The position numbers and the translations under genes are program-made. This document shows, piece by piece, positions 52,318 to 63,000 of a stretch of DNA of 64,000 bases. The DNA is from a virus: IMG/VR virus record IMGVR_UViG_3300027899_000001, positions 334,373 to 398,372 of that record. One strand, given 5' to 3'. The notes under the pieces are model-generated. The model had not been told where the DNA came from. It saw only the letters and a list, made by a program, of their open reading frames with translations, and did not search any database. The first letter of the stretch is position 1. Each line of letters starts with the position of its first letter.

Positions 52318-55300
52318 ATGCAATTTTCAAATTTCTCTAGATTAGATGAAGGATTAGCAATCACATTATATAACACGGTTCCTATTGAAAATGTAGGAAC
52401 TCTTAAGTATTTTACAGATAATTCGCAAGGTACTTTTACAAAAAAAGAATTTTGTTGGTCATTTAATAATGAGTATTGGTCTGCATGGGAAACACTTACT
52501 CAAAATGGTATATCTTCAATAAACACATATGGCAATTATTATTTATTTGTAAAAATTAGATATACATTAAGTTCTGCTGGTTCGGGAACAGTTAGCACAT
52601 TTAATCTTAATTATCTTAATGGAAGTGCAACTTCTACATCTCCTGCATATTTTCACGGTGATATTGAATCACGAGATACATCTGCAGTTATTATTCATGA
52701 TATTATACAATCGTTTGATGTAATTCCAATTGTTGATGCATGCACATTAAGTGGATATGTAGGTAATTATTATTTAGATAGATCACACCATAAAGGTCAA
52801 CAGCCTATTACTTCTATTACGGGATTACAAAGCGCTTTGAATACTATAACAACTACTCAGGGAATACAAGGTATTCAGGGAATAATAGGAACTCAAGGAA
52901 TTGAAGGGTTACAGGGAATTCAGGGTATTCAAGGAATAGGAACACCTGGAACTCAAGGTTCTCAAGGAACTCAGGGAACACAAGGAACTCAGGGAGCACA
53001 AGGCGCTCAAGGAACTCAGGGAACACAAGGAACTCAGGGAAGACAAGGTATTCAGGGTTCTCAGGGGACCCAAGGAACTCAAGGAACACAGGGTACTCAA
53101 GGAACTCAAGGTGCTCAAGGAATACAGGGAACACAAGGAACACAAGGTACTCAGGGAATTCAAGGAACACAAGGAACACAAGGGACTCAGGGAACACAAG
53201 GCACTCAAGGAATTCAAGGAATTCAAGGAATTCAAGGAATGTACGGAATTCAAGGAATACAAGGAATATCTTTTAGCGATGCATCTTTATCACTTTATGT
53301 TCCTTATACTGGAGCAACTCAAGATTTATCATTAAATAATCATTCTATAAAATCAATCGATGCAATTATATTTAATCAAAATATAACTATGCCTCGTCAA
53401 AATGGACAATTATTTTATGATACATCAAATTATACTCTTGGACTTCATACAGCTGATGATGTAACACTTCAACTTGGTCAAGAACAAGTAATGGTAGTAC
53501 ATAATGATACAGGAAACACTATTTATAATGGTGAAGTAGTTTATATTACAGGCACATATAATGTTGATATTCCTAATGTTGATTTAGCTAAAGCTGATAT
53601 ATTCAGTACCGCTGCTGCTATTGGTGTTGCAACACAAAATATTAATCCAGGAGCAATAGGATTAATAACAACTAATGGCATTGTACATGATGTAAGTACT
53701 GGAGGATATACACCAGGACAATTTTTATATTTATCAGATATAAGTGCTGGAGGTCTTACGCCAACAGCCGTTATATCACCGAGTATATGGGTAAGAGTTG
53801 CTAAAGTTATACAAGCAAGTGATACTGCTGGTTCTATATTAGTTTATGTACAAATAGGAAGATCAATTACAACATTATATGATGTTGGAATAATTAATCC
53901 TCAATTAGATGAAACTCTAAAATGGAATGGAAGCAGATGGATAAATTCTACAGGATCTACTGTATCTGCAGGTGCAGGTGTAATTTATTTTTTATCTGAT
54001 GAAATTTCTGATATATCTACATATGAATCTGCATCTCACGTTCCTTCTGCTAATCCTGAAGTAATAGAATATAAAGTAATTAATTCTAGTACGCATTTAG
54101 TAATTGATAATTATGCATCAGAACCTAGTAGTGGTTTAGGAATATCTTTAATAGATGGAGGAATATGGGAATTTAATACATTTGCATCTGTTGCAGATTC
54201 ATTATCAGCAACATCAGAAATAAAAACATTTGTATATAAAAGAGATTATTTAGGCGTTGAAACTTCTTTATTTAGTGTAACAACTGGAGATATAAATTCA
54301 GAAACTGTAATGCTTTATACGACTACAAGTGTACAGCCATCATTTGTAGTTAACTCAAGTGATAGACTTATATTTAGATATGAAGCATGGACTGATTCTT
54401 CTATTGATGTTTCAATTAATCTTTATCATTGTGGAAATACTAATTATACTCATATACATACACCACTTGCAACACGTCATAATGATTTGGCAGGATTACA
54501 GGGGGGATTACCTGATCAATTTTTTCATGTTAATAGAGCACAACTTACTGTAATAGAAAATACCTCTGGAGTTAATACAGGAAATCAAGATCTTAGCCCT
54601 TATGCTGTTACAGTAAATGTTAATTCATCAATAAACGATGTTAGATCAACTTATATACCAGATTCATCTTTGGGCAATGAATCATTTTATTATGATGTAT
54701 CTAATTATTTACAATCAAGTGCGGGTTCAGGCGTAGGTATTGTTGGAAAATGGAAATACGAAAATATAATATCTGATGCTGATCCCGGAACAGGATATTT
54801 TAGATTAAATAATGCAGATCCTTCATTAGCAACATATGCATATATAAATAATTTTAATTTAGGTGGTGCAGATGTAAAAAATATATTATTAAAACTTAAA
54901 GTTGGTGACAATTTTTATGTTCAAAAATTACCAGATTCTGCTGAATATGCTACATATGTATTAACTGCTGATGCTTCAAGTGCAACAAGTTATATAAAAT
55001 TAGCTGTTAATTCTATTAATTCATCAGGCTCATCTTTTAGTGATAAAAAGGAATTTGGTTTTATATTTTTATTTACAAGTTCGACAGTAGGAGCTCAAGG
55101 GATTCAAGGTGTACAAGGAACTCAAGGAACACAGGGTACTCAAGGGACTCAAGGAACTCAAGGTGTTCAAGGGACTCAGGGAACTCAGGGAATTCAAGGT
55201 ACAGATGGAATTCAAGGTATTCAAGGTACTCAAGGAACACAAGGAACACAGGGAACTCAAGGAATTCAAGGTATAGATGGAATTCAAGGTATTCAAGGTA

Positions 55301-56205
55301 CTCAAGGGATTCAAGGTGCCCAAGGAACTCAAGGCGCTCAAGGTATAGATGGAATTCAAGGTGTTCAAGGTACTCAAGGAACACAGGGAACTCAAGGTAC
55401 TCAAGGAACACAGGGAACTCAAGGAATTCAAGGTATAGATGGAATTCAAGGTATTCAAGGTACTCAAGGGACGCAAGGTGTCCAAGGAACACAGGGAACT
55501 CAAGGAACACAAGGTGCTCAAGGAACGCAAGGAACGCAGGGAATTCAAGGAGTTCAAGGAGTTCAAGGAGTTCAAGGAGTTCAGGGAAGACAAGGAACTC
55601 AGGGTACACAAGGAACTCAAGGTGTTCAAGGAAGACAAGGAATTCAAGGAATACAAGGATTAGATGGATTATATGCTGCTCAAGGAGTTCAAGGTACTCA
55701 AGGAATTCAAGGTCCTTCAGATGGTGCACAAGGTACTCAAGGAATTCAAGGAATTCAAGGTATTCAAGGTGTTCAAGGTGTTCAAGGTGTTCAAGGTGTT
55801 CAAGGAAGACAAGGAACTCAAGGAACTCAAGGAAGACAAGGAGCTACATCAGATGCACGTGTTAAAAAGAATGTTCGTCCATACGTTGATGGTATTAATA
55901 TAATAGACCAAATAGAACCTGTTATATATCAATGGAATGGTTTATTTGGAACTCCAACAGATGATAAAGATGTTGTAGGAGTAATTGGAAATGACCTTGA
56001 AAGAATACTTCCTACTGCAGTTTATAGAATTAAAGGAAAATTAGTTGAAGATGGTGTTGAATCTGAAGTAGTTCAAATTGATTATCAACCAGTTATTTTA
56101 GCTCTAGTAAATGCAGTAAAAGAATTAAGTAAAAAAGTATATAATCTTGAAAAAGAAATGAGACTTTCAAAAGGAGCTCAAGGTGTACAGGATTTATTAA
56201 AATAA
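52318..56205 (+). CDS. tail fibre / tailspike-like protein with two collagen-like Gly-X-Y blocks and a C-terminal S74 intramolecular-chaperone (autoproteolytic) domain
   Basis: GTQGTQGIQG.. repeats at about 52860-53280 and 55080-55860; the C-terminus SDARVKKNVRPYVDGINIIDQIEPVIYQWN matches the S-D-x-R-x-K auto-cleavage context of endosialidase-type chaperone domains. Confidence 0.7.
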   Translation: MQFSNFSRLDEGLAITLYNTVPIENVGTLKYFTDNSQGTFTKKEFCWSFNNEYWSAWETLTQNGISSINTYGNYYLFVKIRYTLSSAGSGTVSTFNLNYLNGSATSTSPAYFHGDIESRDTSAVIIHDIIQSFDVIPIVDACTLSGYVGNYYLDRSHHKGQQPITSITGLQSALNTITTTQGIQGIQGIIGTQGIEGLQGIQGIQGIGTPGTQGSQGTQGTQGTQGAQGAQGTQGTQGTQGRQGIQGSQGTQGTQGTQGTQGTQGAQGIQGTQGTQGTQGIQGTQGTQGTQGTQGTQGIQGIQGIQGMYGIQGIQGISFSDASLSLYVPYTGATQDLSLNNHSIKSIDAIIFNQNITMPRQNGQLFYDTSNYTLGLHTADDVTLQLGQEQVMVVHNDTGNTIYNGEVVYITGTYNVDIPNVDLAKADIFSTAAAIGVATQNINPGAIGLITTNGIVHDVSTGGYTPGQFLYLSDISAGGLTPTAVISPSIWVRVAKVIQASDTAGSILVYVQIGRSITTLYDVGIINPQLDETLKWNGSRWINSTGSTVSAGAGVIYFLSDEISDISTYESASHVPSANPEVIEYKVINSSTHLVIDNYASEPSSGLGISLIDGGIWEFNTFASVADSLSATSEIKTFVYKRDYLGVETSLFSVTTGDINSETVMLYTTTSVQPSFVVNSSDRLIFRYEAWTDSSIDVSINLYHCGNTNYTHIHTPLATRHNDLAGLQGGLPDQFFHVNRAQLTVIENTSGVNTGNQDLSPYAVTVNVNSSINDVRSTYIPDSSLGNESFYYDVSNYLQSSAGSGVGIVGKWKYENIISDADPGTGYFRLNNADPSLATYAYINNFNLGGADVKNILLKLKVGDNFYVQKLPDSAEYATYVLTADASSATSYIKLAVNSINSSGSSFSDKKEFGFIFLFTSSTVGAQGIQGVQGTQGTQGTQGTQGTQGVQGTQGTQGIQGTDGIQGIQGTQGTQGTQGTQGIQGIDGIQGIQGTQGIQGAQGTQGAQGIDGIQGVQGTQGTQGTQGTQGTQGTQGIQGIDGIQGIQGTQGTQGVQGTQGTQGTQGAQGTQGTQGIQGVQGVQGVQGVQGRQGTQGTQGTQGVQGRQGIQGIQGLDGLYAAQGVQGTQGIQGPSDGAQGTQGIQGIQGIQGVQGVQGVQGVQGRQGTQGTQGRQGATSDARVKKNVRPYVDGINIIDQIEPVIYQWNGLFGTPTDDKDVVGVIGNDLERILPTAVYRIKGKLVEDGVESEVVQIDYQPVILALVNAVKELSKKVYNLEKEMRLSKGAQGVQDLLK

Positions 56206-56214
56206 ATAAAAACT

Positions 56215-56490
56215 ATGAAATTATTCGGAAAAGAAATTGGAAGAGATAAACTATTACATTTTGTTTCAGGATTTATTCTTGGAATATTAGGAATATGCAT
56301 AACATTAATATTTACTTCAAAAATAATTTTATTAACTTTTTTTGGTATAGCTCTTCCAACATTTGTAGGAATATTAAAAGAGTTACGTGATAGTTATGGA
56401 GCAGGACAAGTAGAAATGCTAGATGCTGCATTTACTATATTTGGAGGTATGTTAGCGACCATATTGATTTTATTATTTATTTTATTATAA
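56215..56490 (+). CDS. small three-TM membrane protein (holin-like topology, unproven)
   Basis: Three hydrophobic helices; sits between fibre genes. Confidence 0.35.
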   Translation: MKLFGKEIGRDKLLHFVSGFILGILGICITLIFTSKIILLTFFGIALPTFVGILKELRDSYGAGQVEMLDAAFTIFGGMLATILILLFILL

Positions 56491-56525
56491 GAAATTTTAA
56501 TATCATGCGAGAGAAAATATAAATA

Positions 56526-56978
56526 TTGATAAATATAATAAAAACTATGTGTTTATTTAGAAGCAGTTCAAGTTCACAAGGAGCACAAGGTCGTCAAGGT
56601 GCGCAGGGCACACAAGGTATACAAGGAATTCAAGGTATTAAAGGTGCTCAGGGAATTTCGGGAATTTCAGGAACTACTGGCTTACAAGGTATTCAAGGAT
56701 CGATTGGAGACGGTGTTACAAAATTATACGTTGACGGTTCATTGAATTCAAGAGATGCTTCAATAAATAGTATTTTTAATATCATAAATAATAAACTTGA
56801 TGCAACTTCTATATTTTATACAAAAATACAATCAGATTCTTTATATTATAAAATAGTTGCAAAGCCACTTAGTTCAACTTCTCCGGGACTTGTTGGATAT
56901 ATAGCTTTTGATTCAAGTTATTTATATGCATGCGTATCAACAAATAAGTGGACAAGAACAGTAATGTCTGCTTGGTAA
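56526..56978 (+). CDS. small collagen-like fibre protein
   Basis: GAQGRQGAQGTQGIQGIQGIKGAQGISGISGTTGLQGIQG followed by a globular C-terminus. Confidence 0.55.
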   Translation: MINIIKTMCLFRSSSSSQGAQGRQGAQGTQGIQGIQGIKGAQGISGISGTTGLQGIQGSIGDGVTKLYVDGSLNSRDASINSIFNIINNKLDATSIFYTKIQSDSLYYKIVAKPLSSTSPGLVGYIAFDSSYLYACVSTNKWTRTVMSAW

Positions 56979-57025
56979 AATAAAATAAATTCAAAAGTTA
57001 TACTTTTAAGGACGAGACAATCTAT

Positions 57026-60000
57026 ATGAAATCAATAATACTAAGATATTTAGGAAAGATATTAAGATTTGCCAATAAAGTTTTTAGAGTTCCTCATTAT
57101 AATCTTGTTTTAGAATTTGTAACTAATGCTGGAATTGGTCAGACATTTGATGCATCAATAGGAGTAATACCAGACATTATTCTTAAATGGGATTTGGGTG
57201 ATGCATCAACAGTTTTTGCAAATTCTGTAAATCATAATTATACGTATAATGGAAATAAAACTGTCAAAGTATATTCAGACAATGTAAATGATATCACTGC
57301 TATAATACAACGTGTAGGGGGTACTAGTGGTACATTTATAACAGGAACTTTAGATATATCCGCACTTACTAATTTAAATTCTTTATTTATATATGAAGCA
57401 AGTTTGAATAAAATACTTAATCCAGTTTCATCGCAAGTATTTAGATATTATAGTATATTGGATTCTGGTTTAACTGGAACTTTAGATGTTTCAGGACTTA
57501 CAGGATTAGGTGGAGATTTTGAAGTTTATAATAATCCAAATCTTACACAGATACTTAATCCAGATTCATCTCAAGTATTTACGTCTTATTATGCATATGA
57601 TTGTAATTTGACTGGAATTTTAGATATTTCAGGACTTACCGGATTAGGTGGAGATTTTGAAGTTTATAATAATCCAAATCTTACACAGATACTTAATCCG
57701 GATTCGTCTCAAGTATTTGAATATTATTTTGCATATGATTGTAATTTAACTAGAACATTAGATTTAAGAGGACTTATAGGATTAGGTGGACAGTTTGATG
57801 TTGCGCCAAGTCCGAATCTTATTGAAATACTTAATCCAGATTCATCTCAATTATTTACAGGATATTATGCATATGATTGTAGTCTTAATGGAACTTTAGA
57901 CTTAAGAGGACTTACAGGATTAGGTGGAGATTTTCAAGTTAATAATAATCCAAATCTTACACACATACTTAATCCAGATTCATCTCAAGTATTTGTTGGT
58001 TATTATGCATATCAATGTAATTTAACAGATACTTTGGATCTTCGAGGACTTACAGGATTGGGCGGATATTTTGGTGTTGATAATAATCCAAATCTTACAC
58101 AGATACTTAATCCAAATTCATCTCAAGTATTTTATTGGTATATGGCATATGATTGTGATTTAACTGGAACTTTAGATGTATCAGGACTTACAGGATTAAG
58201 TGGAGATTTTCAAGTTAATAATAATCCAAATCTTACACAAATATTTAATCCAACTTCTTCTCAAATATTTAATACTTATTATGCATATGATTGCAGTCTT
58301 AATGGAACTTTAGATGTTTCGGGACTTACGGGATTGTGTGGACGATTTCACGTTTACAATAATCGTAATTTAACTCAAATACTTAATCCAGATTCATCTC
58401 AAGTATTTACACGATATTGGGCATATCAGTGTAACTTAACTGGAACTTTAGATTTACGAGGACTTACAGGATTAGGTGGAGATTTTGAAGTTTTTGATAA
58501 TCCAAATCTTACGCAGATACTTAATCCGGATTCATCTCAATTATTTACGTGGTATGTAGCATGCAATTGTAACCTAACTGGAACTCTAGATGTATCGTCT
58601 TTAAGTGGTTTAGGTGGTTGGTATCATAGATTTGATATTCATAATAATCCAAATTTAACATCTATATTATTGCCTACAGCAAGTTTAGAATTTGTATATT
58701 TTCATGCTTATGATTGTTCTTTAGATTTATTTACAGTTAATGATATATTTGCTAAATTAAATACATGGTATAGCAGTAACACTCCAACGTATTCATTGTA
58801 TGTAAATCTAAGCGGCGGCAAAAACATGCCGCCTACAGGAAGCTATTCTAATTCTGATATAGTTAGCTTATATTCTATATTTGCGGGTGCTGGACAGACT
58901 CTTGAAATAATTATAAATCAAGAAGAATTTATAACTAAGTGGAAGACAGACAATGATGGCTCAACAAACTCGACATCTATAGGTATTCCAACTACAGGTT
59001 CGGGATATGACTGCAGTATCTTTTGGGGTGATGGCAGTATAGGTAGTTATACTGGGTCACCCGAATTAATAACTCATGATTATGGAGAAGCTAGTACATA
59101 CACAGTTAAAATCTCGGGAACATTTCCAAGGATATTCTTTAATTATGAAAATGACTGTCTGAAGTTAGTGGAATTAGTAAACTGGGGTGTAGGTGAGTGG
59201 GACTCAATGGAAGCAGCATTTGCTGGATGCGAGAACATGGTCGCAACTTACGTAGATGTGCCAAGAACATCGAGCGTAACTAATATGGTAGCGATGTTTG
59301 ATAGTTGTTATTTATTTAATGGAAAAGTAGATTTTGATACATCTAATGTAACAAATATGGATGGCATTCTTTCTTCATGTTATCTATTTAATCAATCAGT
59401 ATCAAAATTTAATACATTAAATGTAACAAATATGTTTATGATGTTTAATTATTGTTTTGCATTTAATCAATTAGTTTCAAATTTTGACACATCTAATGTA
59501 ACTAATATGGCAGCGATGTTTAATAGTTGTTATTTATTTAATCAATCTGTTTCCAATTTTGATACATCAAAAGTAACACGCATGGATTATATGTTTGCTT
59601 ATTGTTTTGCATTTAATCAATTAGTTTCAAATTTTGACACATCTAATGTAACAAATATGGATGGCATTCTTTCTTCATGTTATCTATTTAATCAATCTGT
59701 TTCCAATTTTGATACATCAAAAGTAACACGCATGGATTATATGTTTGCTGGTTGTTATGTATTTAATCAATCACTTGTTAATTTTGATACATCGAAAGTA
59801 ATAGATATGCAATATATGTTTTATGATGCTTCTTCATTTAATCAATCATTGGCTACTTTCAATGTTCAAGATGTGTCTTACATGGATGATATGCTCAATG
59901 GCGCTAATGCATGGTCCACACCTAACTATGACTCTACACTTATTGCTTGGGCAGGTGAAACAAGTACTTATACTGATAATTTTGAATCGTATGCAGTAGA

Positions 60001-63000
60001 CACATCACTTGCAGGAAATAGCAGATGGTTTGAATTGGATAATTGGTTATCTCCTATGATTAGAGATGTTAGTTCTAATAAAGTAATATCATTTGAAGAA
60101 GATTGGCGCATTTCAGGTATAGATGTATCATCTAAAGATATTGCTGTTAGCTTTAAGTTTATATCAACATACACAGAAGAAACTACATATTTTATGATTT
60201 CTATATTTGGTAATATTGAATATACATCTGCAGGGATATGGTTAGTTTGGGCAAATGATGGTGTGTATGTTTATTTTAGAATGTTCGGAGAGTCAGCAGC
60301 ATATGGACAGTTATTAAGAACTATTCCATATAATAATGGTGATATTGTAACTATCACTAAAAATGGTAGTTATGTTAATTTTTATTGTAATGGCGTAATT
60401 GATTCTTCTTTTGGTCAACATAGCCTGCATCCTGAGTGGGGAGATAAAGGAGAATACATTATATCTAACATAGATACTAGTAATGGAGTAATATGGATTG
60501 AAGGAACAGAAAATGCTGGGCATAGTTTTCAAGTTGATGATTTTTCTATAATTGCAACAAATCTTCAACCCAATGTTAACTTTCATGCTGGAGATGCTAT
60601 GTATACTTGGGGAGCTCCAACAGTTTCAAGAGGAATTTTGACAAGCCCTCCTAACAATTGGACAATTACAGATGGTGGTCAATTACCAATTTTTCAATTT
60701 GTGACTAATGCATCAACTGATATATTTGACCCATCTATTGGAGTTTCTGCAGGAACTTTAGTATGGGATTTAGATGATGCATCTTCAGCCGTAGTTGCAA
60801 ATAGTTTAGAACATACATATACAAGTGCAGGAAATAAAACCGTGACAATATATGCAGGAAGTGTTAGTGAGTATAGCAGTATTACTTCCATAGAAATAAA
60901 TACAGATAATATAGTAGGAGTTTTAGATATTTCATCATTTTATAATTTAGGAAGTTGGTTTACTGCTAGTCGTAATTCACTTCTTACACATATACTTAAT
61001 CCAGATTCATCTCAGGTATTTGATATAGGATATGCTGCATATGGTTGTGATTTAACGGGAACTTTAGATGTATCAGGACTTACAGGATTAGGTGGATATT
61101 TTGATGTTGATAGTAATTCAAATCTAACTCAGATACTTAATCCCTTTTCATCACAAGTGTTTACATATTATTATGCGTATAGTTGTGATTTAACTGGAAC
61201 TTTAGATTTACAAGGACTTACAGGATTAGGCGGAGAGTTTCAAGTTTTTAATAATTCAAATTTAACTTCTATACTTAATCCAGATTCATCTCAAATATTT
61301 GATGGATATTCAGCAAGAGATTGTAGTTTAGCCGGAACTTTAGACTTAAGAAGTTTAACAAATTTAGGTGGACTTACTCAATGGATTGAATTCGAAAAGA
61401 ATTCTAATCTTACACAGATACTTTTTCCGAATTCGCCTCAACCTATTAAAGAAGGATTAAGTGCTTGGAATTGTAATCTAACTGGAACACTAGACATATC
61501 AGGACTTACGGGATTAGGTGGATGGTTTTCTGTTAGTTCTAATCCAAATCTAACTCAGATACTTAATCCAGTTTCATTTCAAATCTTCACCTGGTATTCT
61601 GCACGTAATTGTAATTTAACTGGAACATTAGATTTAACAGGACTTACGGGATTAGGAGGAGTTTTTCACGCTGATAGTAATTCAAATCTTACACAAATAC
61701 TTAACCCCGATTCATCTCAAATATTTAATACTTATTTTGCATATAATTGTAATTTAACTGGAACTTTAGATGTATCAGGACTTACAGGATTAAGTGGAGA
61801 TTTTCAAGTTAATAATAATCCAAATCTTACACAAATACTTAATCCAGATTCATCTCAAGTATTTATATATTATTATGCATATAATTGTAGCTTATCAGGA
61901 ACTTTAGATGTATCTGGACTTACAAGTTTAGGCGGAGAATTTGATGTCTATAATAATCCAAATCTTATACAGATATTATTTCCAGATTCATCTCAAGTAT
62001 TTACAGATTTTGCATTAAGTTCTAATAATCTAACTGGAACCTTAGATTTAACAGGGCTTACAGGTTTTTGTAAATGGTTTTATGCGCATAATAATCCAAA
62101 TCTTATACAAATACTTAATCCAGATTCATCACAAATATTTGAAATTTATTGGGCACATGATTGTAATTTAACAGGAATATTAGATGTTTCATCACTTACT
62201 GGATTAGGGGGAGATTTTAAAATTTATAACAATTCAAATCTTACTTCAATATTATTACCAACAATAAATCAAGAATTTACAACATTTAATGCTAATAACT
62301 GTGCTCTAGATGCATCTGCTGTCGATGATATTTTATATAAACTTGATACTTGGTATTCTAGTAATCCGCCAACAACTACTTTAACACTTAATCTTGCTGA
62401 TGGTAATAACATGTCACCTACAGATGGAAGTTCTAATGCAAATCTGATTCACTTACAATCTGTGTTTACAAGTGCTGGAAAAACTTTAAATGCAAGTATA
62501 AACGATTATATATTTAAGCTTGTAACAGATGCTTCATCAAGAGCATTTGACCCAACAATAACTACTTCTGCTGGAACTCTTCACTGGGATTTAGGAGATG
62601 GTTATATAATAGATTCAAATAATTTTAGTTATAATTATACATTACCTGGAAATAAAACTGTTAAAGTGTATAAAGGAACAACTAACGGAAGATCTGGTAT
62701 TACACAAATAATACTTGACGAGGATAATTTAATTGGAACTTTAGATTTAAGAGGACTTACAAAATTACAGGGATATTTTACTGTTGCTTATAATTCAAAT
62801 CTCACACGGATACTTAATCCAGTTTCATCAGAAGTATTTACTACTTATCATGCGTATTTTTCTAATTTAACTGGAACGTTGGATGTTTCAGGACTTACAG
62901 GATTAGGAGGATATTTTAATGTTGGAATTAACCCAAATCTTACACAGATACTTAATCCAGTTTCATCTCAATTATTTAATGAATATTATGTATATTCATC

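Noticed and set aside
52853-53335. Track ORFs 52853..53197 (-), 52909..53262 (-), 53111..53335 (+), and likewise 55069..55903 on both strands
   Set aside because: They lie entirely inside the collagen Gly-X-Y repeat DNA of gene 52318..56205. Repetitive GGA/ACT-rich sequence is open in many frames, and the products (LEFLE.., SLNSL.., KEFKE..) are low-complexity artefacts.
52860-55860. Short tandem repeats (GGAACTCAAGGAACACAA..), considered as a CRISPR array or VNTR
   Set aside because: The 9-nt periodicity is in frame and encodes a collagen-like Gly-X-Y triple-helix motif. There are no spacers, leader or cas genes.
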